A program made the position numbers and the translations under genes. The notes below the pieces were generated by a model, which saw only the letters and a program-made list of their open reading frames with translations, made no database searches and was not told where the DNA came from. This document shows, in pieces, positions 13,501-22,800 of a stretch of DNA of 64,000 nt. Numbering within the stretch: the stretch's first letter is position 1; the number at the start of each line of letters is the position of its first letter. This DNA is from Lingula anatina (taxonomy: Eukaryota > Animalia > Brachiopoda): assembly GCA_051362555.1 (NCBI GenBank), contig CM120645.1, positions 4,216,001 through 4,280,000 on the forward strand, given 5' to 3'.

Positions 13501-15626
13501 TAAGGGACTAGCTAGTCTGCAGGTCAAATGTGGCTGACCCACTTGGAAACTTCCCCATGGGATATCTATTAGCAGATTAGACGACAAGCTTTGTAGTGGG
13601 TCGCCATATTTGACCCTCGGACTAGCTAGCCCCCTAATCTGAATGGGGCCTATTCCAAGGGTGGGTATAATGAACTTGAATTCAGGCCTTGTTTTAAATT
13701 AAATATACTATACTTGTTTTAAATTAAATTTACTCAGCTTTTTGCTCTTAGTTTTCCTTGTTTTTTATGTGATAATTTGTGACAATTTGCAAATTGCTTT
13801 TGGTATATCATTTTATACTGCAGTAAGTGATACTGACATTTATGTTGATGTTATGATGTTTTAGAAGTGCAACTCAACACAGCGGATCTCTCCGAAGACA
13901 AATACCCAACAAAAAAATGTTGCCAACGTCATTTTTATTATGGGTTCAAGGAGAGTATGGATGAAGTGGCAACGTTTTTGGTGGAGTGTCAGGGTTCCAG
14001 CCCAGAAGATATGCTCTACCAAGGCATTATAAAACATATGGAAAGGGCAAGCCAGAAATATTACCCAGGTAAAAGAAAAAAAAATGCACTGATACCCTGA
14101 ACCCACTGTTTCTCAATGATTATGCAGAATTCTTTACACCCTCCTTACCTTATTATATTATGGTTATTTTCTTCAATGAAATAATTCATCCTTATGGGCA
14201 TTATTTTCAGTGTCTGAGTCATAGTTTATATAAGCCATGGCTCTGTTGACTACTAGTCATGATTTCTGACATTTGCTGAGGAAATGGTGATCCATGTTGA
14301 CAAGTTTCACAAAGTTCTCTTTAAATTTCTTATATTTGTACAAGGACTGGATAAAGATGTTCCTATTTTTCTCACAGAAGTTAGTCAGAGTTTTTAAAAA
14401 CCAGTAAAAAATGACTGGAGTCCTTATTTTACTGTGGAGGTTATGCGGCATGGCTTTAATACTGTCAATATGGAAGGCTGCATGAGTGTTAAAAACTTTT
14501 TGTGGAAAAAGATATTATTCAGCTTTTAAACTATGATCTGATTTTTAGATTTAAATTGAGCATTGCTTGAAACTCGTGCTTTATGCTAGCTATGGTGAAC
14601 ATTTTCCATAATTTCAAGGGACAGATGCACTTATACCAATTAATTCCAATTCTTTTAGGCAACTACAGCAGCATCCCACAAGAGCCACCAGCAATGTGGA
14701 AACCACAAGATTCCATGGAAAGCAGAAATGAAGACGAGATGCAGATGTCCTCGTCGGGCATTGGAATGACAGATCACAGTAGCACACAAGAAAACTCCCC
14801 CACAGAAGTCTCGGATTTGAGAAGCAGCAGTGGCGCTGAGATCAAAGATGATGGTTTGAAAAGCCTCCTATCGAATTTGCCAAACAGTGAGGAAAAAAAT
14901 ACAGAATCTACGACTACTGTTACTGAAATGAAGAATGATGACATTTGTGCTGGGATGGATGAGTCTGTGGAAGGAGAGTACCTTGAAAATGGGGAAATGC
15001 CGTCCCCTATCGAGGAACCTACCGACCAGCAGTGCAGTTTGGACAGCAATGGCGACAAGGTGTACAAATTCAAAAATATCATAAAACTGAGATTCACAGA
15101 GGACATGAAAAGTGGGCATCGCTACAGTAAAACTGGCACTTCGAGTTCGTCCAACAGCTCCAAGGAGGAGAACGACAGCGAGATGTTTCAGCTGATGGGG
15201 AACCAGTTAAACTCCTATTGTGGAAGCTCGTCCTCCACAAACTATCCAAACTCTAGAGACAGCTCCACCAATGGGTACAGCTCCAATGGGAATGGGTACA
15301 GCTCTCAAGGAAGTAGTGGCAGCGTGGGGCCCTCCCCGCACAAACAGCACTCCCACAGCCACAACAGTCACGTGTCGAAAAAACAAGCCAATAAAGACTA
15401 TATGGAGAGAGATATGAACGTCCCAGGTTTTGCCATGCACCCCTCAGCTACCCATTACATCCCAATTATGGTCCATTTGTCCTATTTGTCCCCCTTTTTG
15501 CAGCATTCTGAAGTGGAAAGCGTGCATCAGATTTTTCACCCAATCAGCATTCCTGTCAGGCTTGGAGGGCCTGTCATACCCCCACCTCTTGTTTCGCTGG
15601 AGGGCAAACGAGCCAGTCATAATTGA
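2175..15626 (+). CDS. cwo: clockwork orange (bHLH-Orange circadian transcriptional repressor), about 507 aa, 6 coding exons
   Basis: Exons 2175-2242, 10880-10958, 12325-12426, 13347-13449, 13865-14068 and 14659-15626 join in frame with GT-AG sites. The b[56 protein letters not shown] matches CWO. Orange domain: [24 protein letters not shown]-typical C-terminal blocks: [11 protein letters not shown] and [15 protein letters not shown]...HPISIPVRL. Exons 1-2 are less certain than 3-6. Confidence 0.9.
3188..3270. repeat. (TG)n compound microsatellite
   Basis: Direct inspection. Confidence 0.95.
3914..4050. mobile_element. Palindromic MITE family A, copy 1 (other copies at 16881-17033 and 30441-30592)
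   Basis: Ends CAGGGCCC..AAAGCATCG / ATGCTTTTGAGTTACGGGGCCCAG form a fold-back. Three dispersed copies are present in the window. Confidence 0.8.
4274..4489. mobile_element. Tourist/PIF-Harbinger-like MITE family B, copy 1
   Basis: Imperfect TIRs GGGTGCATTCCCATAGAT... / ...ATCTCTGGGAATGGGGTC. A highly similar copy at 26958-27171 is flanked by TTA...TTA. Confidence 0.85.
5504..5555. repeat. (TTTA)n microsatellite
   Basis: Direct inspection. Confidence 0.95.
7677..8033. mobile_element. Harbinger-like MITE (family C-related), sharing its left arm with 63630-63760
   Basis: GCATTC...AGCCAGGCTTTACAAA...AAAAATGGCGGACGTACATGAAAGAAAAACCG recurs at 63630 onward. The right arm TTCATGTAGGTCTGCCATATT...TTCTGAAT is the inverted counterpart. 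Confidence 0.7.
10437..10508. repeat. (TA)n microsatellite
   Basis: Direct inspection. Confidence 0.95.
11139..11307. mobile_element. Harbinger-like MITE family C, diverged inverted copy
   Basis: GGCCGCATTCAGAA...GGTCAAATATGG / CCATATTTGACCCTC...TGAATGCAGCC. The interior is the reverse complement of 13487-13650. Confidence 0.75.
11408..11693. mobile_element. Degenerate fold-back MITE
   Basis: GGGTGCTTTCTCAGTGAAACTATCATAC / GTATGATTGCTTCACTGTGAACG..CCC, with inner arms GATTAACAGATTAAC..CCTCCTC / GAGGAGG..GTTAATCAGTTAATC. Confidence 0.65.
12325..12426 (+). CDS. cwo: cwo exon 3 (basic region and helix 1 of the bHLH)
   Basis: ttttcag|GAT CCC ATG...AAA CAA|gtaagt encodes [34 protein letters not shown]. 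Confidence 0.92.
12802..13070. mobile_element. Harbinger-like MITE (long fold-back) with a TTA target-site duplication
   Basis: TTA|GAGCCTATTCAGAA...GGTCAAATATGGTGGACCCTA / TAGGGTCCGCCATATTTGATC...TTCTGAATGGGCTC|TTA. Confidence 0.85.
13347..13449 (+). CDS. cwo: cwo exon 4 (loop and helix 2 of the bHLH)
   Basis: ctctag|CAA GGT...CCA G|gtatgt encodes [25 protein letters not shown]. Confidence 0.92.
13487..13650. mobile_element. Harbinger-like MITE family C
   Basis: TIR GGCCCCATTCAGA / TCTGAATGGGGCC flanked by TAT...TAT; close copy at 33680-33859. Confidence 0.85.
13865..14068 (+). CDS. cwo: cwo exon 5 (Orange domain)
   Basis: ttttag|AA GTG...CCA G|gtaaaa; overlaps ORF 13867-14100. Confidence 0.88.
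14659..15626 (+). CDS. cwo: cwo last coding exon (Ser-rich region and CWO C-terminal motifs)
   Basis: tcttttag|GC AAC... lies within ORF 14583-15626; TGA at 15624-15626. Confidence 0.9.
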
Positions 15627-16880
15627 TAATGACGTGATGGTGTAGATGCCCTTTTGAAAGCTGTCTTGAATAACTGCCTTTCTGTTCATTTTTAACTATG
15701 TTCCCAATGGCATGATAAGTTTCTCACTGTAATGAATTATTTATTGCTGATTTTTTTTATCCATTTATCAGTTTTCCTGTTGAAACCTAAATACAACTGA
15801 TAATTTATGCTGATACAGGATAAGCTGAAAATTGGGAATAATTTCTCTCAAACAATCTGTATGTAGACTTCACTGATTCTGAGAGAGGCTGTATGTGCTG
15901 GGGCCACCTATGTTGGAAGTTCTAGTTATAAAATGTTGGGTGAAGGCTTAAAGGAAGTGGAGAAGGGGGGGGGGGGAGGAAGAAAGTGGTGGTGACCACA
16001 ATAAATTTGCCAGTGTTTGTAGCATTGTAGTTTGTAGGATAGCAATCAGACCAAACAGATCTTTGGATCTTCAATCAAGCCCCCAAAGTATAAATATAGT
16101 AACAATGTTAACTCCTGGATGCCATAAGTCATAAAAAACTTTAGACTCATTGTCAAAATTCATAACAAGACCAGCTGTGAAATATATTTTGATTGCTGAA
16201 TATGTTTAACTGTGATGTTAAGTAATGTGCGTCTGAACTAGTTTCACTGGCGAACATGATTTCATTGTCTTGTAAGTAGTGGTGGTATTAAAAAGCAAAT
16301 CATTTTGTCTCTTTAGAAACAGTTAACATTTTAAGTATAGTTTTACATTGTCATTGCAAAGCAATGGTTAACCAATATAAGGTAAGGTAACATTTGTCGT
16401 TGAAATTTATTATTATTGTTATTAGTATAAAAATTATTATTTTTGTTATTATTATTATAATTATTTTTATTGGTGGTCTCATCAGAGAAATTTATGGAAA
16501 TCAGCATTTTTATTTCTGAATATGAAAAAGACTTCTTTACCAACTTCATTCAATTTATATATATATGTCAACAAAATATAAAGATTGCTTTGTTTTTTTT
16601 TTCACATTTTTCAAGAGGATAATGTATTGCATGTAACAGGCACTAAAAAGAAGTGCCCTATGTAGTTCAGTAAAAAATCTTTTTCGTGAAGCACTCTGTA
16701 AAGTAAAACCATGCATTCCTGCTTTATTGTGAATCTTCTGAAAAAAGTATTTTGTGTATGGTGCTATTATTAGCTATTTATTATTATCTATTTATTGGTT
16801 TGAGGAATTTTTCTATAAGGCTATGACATGTATGATAAAGAGCCAGGTTAACTGTTAAGTTAGTATGTTGACCTGCAGAT

Positions 16881-17033
16881 CAGGGTTCCGTAACTCGAAA
16901 GCATCGCAAATTGCGACCGAGTGAAAGCATCTCGATTCCATACCTTGGGATTTACTAGCCCTATATTGGCCCTAACAGCCTCAAAATGAAAGGTGATTCT
17001 CAATTCGAGATGCTTTTGAGTTACAGAGCCCAG
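16881..17033. mobile_element. Palindromic MITE family A, copy 2
   Basis: CAGGGTTCCGTAACTCGAAAGCATC / GATGCTTTTGAGTTACAGAGCCCAG. Confidence 0.8.
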
Positions 17034-19801
17034 GTAAGCATTTGCAACATTACTAGTCCATATGTTCTGGCCAGAAAATGTTTAGAAATGAGCATGTCAT
17101 TCCATTTTTGCGAGTGTAAAATATCGGGACTTTTATAAAACCCTAATGTCCCAAAGTAATTACTTTTGGGCCCATGAACTTCATATTCTTTACCACTATA
17201 CCATGATTTGAACATTTAGACTGGAACTTTTTTCTATCGGTGTGGTGAGTTGGCCAGTCAGTAGGAGCAGTCAAATTGACTGGCCAACTCACTTGTGAAC
17301 TTGACTGTTACTGTTTATAAGCAATGAAAAAGAAAGCTACAAGAATGCTAGTGAGTACGGTATTGCTCAGTATGTTCTAAATTCTAAAAGGTAAAGATCA
17401 TATTAGCCATAATACCTTCTAAAGATGCCTTCCTATTAGTTCAAATGGTGTACATTGTTCAAGGACAATGAGTTATGCTTTTTACTGATGACTTGCCAGA
17501 AATTGGCACATCAGTATGTATTATTTTAGACTTTTTAAACAAGATTTATAAACATGAATTACACTCCTAATTACGGAAACGATACGTTTGAAACAATATC
17601 GAAGGACACCTTATAGACAATGCTGGTTGTTTCAGTCAGAGATGTAAAAACTACCTAAGGCTTGTAAAATTTATCGGTATAGGTCCTCTATGTTTTTTGT
17701 TAATAAGGTTTCATCGTTTGCTGTAATACTTCTTGTACAATTTTGCCAGCCTGTATAATCATTGAAATTCTCTTTGGCTTTATTTAGTTTTCCTATGTTA
17801 TTGTCTGTAATTGCTCATAGAATAGTTGAGTTTTCTATAATTATATTTAAGGGAGGCCTGGTGCCTTCTAAATTTTTTTGTCCCAGTTCTGTATTTATGA
17901 GATTCAAAATATTTTGCACATTAAAATTTATTATTATAATTTATCATTATTGTGTAGCATTTTTGGGATTCCCAAGAATGGTTGAAGGCCACTTGTTACA
18001 CCCCTTGTTATCAGGATGATATTTGTAAGTTGTTGTAAATAACAAATATTTAGAAAATATTTTGTTGTTATTTCTGTGCTCTCTTTTGGACATACTGGAA
18101 ACTTGAAAAATTAATTAAATAACAATAATAAGTTGGATCTGACAAGAAGTCATGTCAGTTAGTTATTTAAATTCAGGTTAAAAAAAAAAAAAGTGCCTAG
18201 CTGTCTCTGCATCTAACTCATGTTACACTTACTGGAAAATAATGAAAACTTTCATGCCTTCATACACCAGTGATGTGATTGTGCAATTTCAATTCAATTT
18301 GGTCTGTTTAAAAAAGTCCCTTAATATAAAGACGCACTGATGATTTTTTTTATATTTCACGTAATATTCTTGGATTTCCTGTTAAACCCCTTGTTACAGG
18401 AATGAAATTTGCTAACCATTGGCAAATTTGCGACTTTTGGGAGCCAAGAGTGTCATAGAATGTCACAGGTGGCCACCTGCTCCCCAGGCCATTTTTTTTT
18501 TTTTTTTACTTTTTCAATGAATGGCAGTCTCGTCTCCGTTGTTATCATGATGATATTTACACATTGTTTTAAAGAACAGATAGTGAAAAAAATTTTTTGT
18601 TTTTTGTTTTTGCTGCGCTTTCTTTGGATATCCTGGAAACTTAAGAAATCTATTTAGGTGATGTGTTAACACTCCTTGCACAAATGGAGGATTGATTTTT
18701 TTATGGCATCTTAAGTCGGCACAAGGCTGCAAACATGGTTCTGGGATACTCACGGTTTCAATGGGGAAGATTATTATAACCTAAGATCTAATATACCGTT
18801 TATTAGATCTTAGTTATAACCAAAATCTCTGATTTTTTAAATTTTTCAGTTGAGTCAAGATTTCTGCAGATTCTCTTGAGGCTAGTCATGTAACAAAGGA
18901 TTGGTTTGTGCACTGACGGAACACCTTTAAAGCCTCCCTTTCTGCACCTGCCATTCTGCCCCAAGTTTACAGTGTGATTTTGACACCATCCGAAGTATTT
19001 GGAAATTTCTTTGAAGGCGTAAGATTCAGTTTGTAAAGATTAATTGAGTGTTAATTTGCAGATACACAATGCTTCACTGACACCTGCTTGCCAGATGTTC
19101 CGCCTCTGTTCACACTTGCATTAATATATTTAAGTGACTATGCATTTTACTTAGAGGGATCTGACGAGAATTCATAGCAAAAAATGTTTGGTTGTAATCT
19201 AGATTGAGAAAATAGCCGTGTCTCCCTCTGCCGTATGTAATGGCAACCCCAAAACAATGAATATTATGATAATGATGCATTTATATCTAGTGCCTGATGT
19301 CACAGTTTATGATTGCAACTTTTGTTAAAGAAAATTTCCTGTACTCACTTCTAGTTATCAAATACACACAGTGATTATTTTAAAAATGGAAATGATATTT
19401 ATTTTAATCATTGGAAATATAATGCTTAAACAGCTTTGAGAAGTAGTGTCATCTTTCAAGATGAGCTAAAAACTATGACCAATTTTAGTTGTTGTTGCCT
19501 TGTGTAAGTGCAAGTCACTGCCTTCATGTCAAGGCTCTATTCAGTCTACTGCTTTTGCTATCATATCCACCCAAACAGGAAAAATGCTTTACCTATATTG
19601 CTTTGCAAGTCACACCAACCAGATGATTAAAACCAGTAATGAAGTTCAACTCAATATTACACATGTCCACATAAAGACAATGGATATGTTCAAAAAGACT
19701 TCTGGTAGGTAATATTAAGTCTGAAAAGTATCCCACCTCACTTCTGTTCTGGGCATATTTTTCCCTGTGGTTTGTCTTGCAAAACAGCTGTAACCAAAAA
19801 T

Positions 19802-22800
19802 TCAGAATTCCCTGTAACATAAAAAATCAAGATTAAAGAGACTGTAGGCACAGTAGTATCTTGTTGTACAGAATATTAATGAAATATGTGACTGAAAAAG
19901 CTTTCTCAACATTCATTATTGGCTCTCAACTGTTGCTTGAATGTATTCTAATTTTTTAAAGGCTACTTTTTTGCCTTAATCAAATAAATGATGACGAAAT
20001 TATGTATTTCTTACATTTTCACCTAGGCTAAGCATGAATATTGAACCCAGGCAGTAGATTCATTACCACATTAGTAAGACACAATGTAATATTTCAATGG
20101 GACTGGGGTTACGTCTTTGATCTAGGTACTGAAGTGCTCAGTATGGTGCACTCAAACAATCATGAGTAGCAAAGCTTTAAAAGCCAAAGACATTTATCCA
20201 TTAATTCCTTTTCGTGATTAACCTTTGGGTTAGAGACGAATTTTGACATTAAACAGGGTGCATATTGATTTTTGTCTTTATTACAGCACATTTCATTTTA
20301 TTTAAAGAAAAAATCAATTTCCCATGTTAACATAATGGATGGGTCAAAAAAGGAAATTTCATTTTTTATTAAGCATCTTCATTAAAAAAACAACTGATGT
20401 TTTGTCTATAAGCTAACCTGTATCCACGATGTTGCGTGGACACCATGGAACCGGCCAAAGAATCTTCTTCTGAATCTGTCTCATATACCGGATTATCAAA
20501 CTTACTTGATGTCAGCTTTGCTGTTGATTCTGAAAAAAAAAATGTACAAGTCTTTTTCTACACTGACACATGTAACAGTGTTATATAAGCTACACTTACA
20601 AATATACAAACTCTGCATCACTTGTCCCTTTATATTTCAAATTATTGTTTATCTTTCTCATTACATGCAGTTCCAGGCTATCAAGTATATAGGAGGGGGT
20701 ATATATTATCTATTTATTAGTAATTCATTTTTCAACTGGTTTATTTATTGCATGACACCAATGTTTACTACTTTTCTATAGCTTTAAATTGATTGATTGC
20801 TTGGTTCCTATATGACTACTGTACTTACCTCTTGTCGGTAGTTTAAATTCCCATCCAACCCACTTTAAGAAGATGCCTATCAGTATTGACAAAACAACAA
20901 TGCCACCAATCACTGAGCCCACTATAGCTAAAGTTTTATTTGACCATGCCAGCCTAGTATGGAGAAAAAAAAAACAGTTGCTTAAATTGTAATATTGCCA
21001 GCTTTTAGAGTGTTTTATTCTGACAAGAAAAAAAAAATTTCTGTAGTACTAAATATTTCACCCTCTTACATAATATAAATAGCTAGTTACCCTTACATAG
21101 ATATGTAAAGCAACTTCTTGGCATCATGAATTTTTTCAAAGATGGAACTTCACTTGGAAGCAAGGAACTTGATATAGAAATGATCCTTTAAGATTAGAAA
21201 ACTGCTGATGACGCTGCAATTTTTGATGGAAGTTACTTTTTATCTTATTTCATCTTCACCACAAAACCCCACCAATGGTCCTTTCAATTTCATGGGAAAA
21301 AGTCAACAAATATTTAAAAATAGAATCGTGTGTGTGTGTGTGTGTGTTAGCGAGAGAGAGAGAGAGAGGGGGTGGGGGAGGAGAGAGGCAGAGATATTGT
21401 ATGGTTTTTATTCTAAGAAATATAAAAAAAACAATAATAATATTTAAAAAATTTGTACAAATAATTGATTAACTGATAAACATGTACATACCATTCATCA
21501 TTTAAACCTGCACCATTCTCTTCTGTTGTCATGTTTACTGGGCTGCCAGTAGTTCCCTGCTGAAGAGCACCTGCAATACGTACATTTGATCTCAAAATTA
21601 TTCATTTTAATAAATCAAGCTTAAACTCATCCCCTGACATATTTACAACCTCGACAAATTAGAGTCAAATGCTAAATCTTAATCAGTGCCCTCAACACTG
21701 GAGAATGTTAATTAAAATTTATTAACATGTTTGTATTTTTGTTTGAAATTGCTTAGCCTAAAGCAACTTTGTTTTTTTTACAAGTGTTGTAAAGGAGATG
21801 ATTACTCAGTCTAAATTATAACACAGTTGTGAAATTCCTTAAATCAAAACTAATAAGAATTTGAAATCTTTATCGTATTTGTTAAAATCCATAAATAAGA
21901 CTTTGAATTATTGTATACTATGATCCTAGCAAAAATGTGAAAAAATAAATTCTTATCAAATGAATGAATGCAGAAAACTGTAACTGATCTCAAACTATTA
22001 TAATTTTGCCGTCCTTTACTCTACGAAAAAGGCAGAAGAGGGGGAGGTGGTGGGGCATTGTGGGACATGTGTCCCTTAGCTTTGTTGGTACCCCTTCTCC
22101 CTCCCTCCCTCCCTCCCTCCCTCCCAAAAACAGTTAAAATAATAACAAAATTAGACAAACCCACACCATTGTAATACCTGTGACCTGCATATTTGAGAAA
22201 TAACGGCTTTGGCTAGGATTTTAGATACAATTAGCACAATTAAGATGCGCGTTAATTTAAACCAGATGTTCCTCTGTTTTGCAAAAACAAAACAGGATGT
22301 TCAGTTTTATGCCATAGGAAACACTTAACAGTTTATCTGATACTGTTATGAAAGGCTGTTCTAGCTTGGAGTTTGGAGAGGTGGGAGCTGCCTCCTAATA
22401 ATGTACCACCAGCACTTGGGAAATAATATCTAACCATAATGGTTAAAAAATGAGATAGCAGTACACACACACCTGTACCATGGGGATCCATTATCTTTTT
22501 TTTTTTTTAACTTTAATCTACTTTGATTATGAAGGAGAAAACTCTGAGTTAAACAGTATAAGCAGTGGTAAAAAGTACAAGAAAATTGTAGAAGTGATTG
22601 CAATTAAGCACCTTACCTTAGAAGTCACAGCTAATTTGTTTATGCTATGAACATTTTGATTCTCAAGATGCTGTCAACTGAAAGTTTTAGGACCCTTGAT
22701 ACAATCTTTGATGATATAAAAATTAGCTTGTATATATCCTGTGGGAGTTTTAACATTATCTTTTCTGTTATTTATTTTTAATTGTTTATTTCAACTAACC

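Noticed and set aside
15111-15126. Possible HCF-binding motif in CWO (SGHRY) linking the neighbouring genes
   Set aside because: The HBM consensus needs D/E-H-x-Y and here the first residue is G. Gene adjacency alone is not evidence of interaction.
14774-15689. Several overlapping ORFs within the last cwo exon
   Set aside because: They are alternative-frame or antisense shadows of the true CDS.
19593-19820. 75-aa ORF as the last exon of the CACHD1-like gene
   Set aside because: The upstream donor at 20418 is phase 2, which gives only R-E-F-stop at this acceptor, so the long frame is out of phase. The true 3' end remains uncertain.
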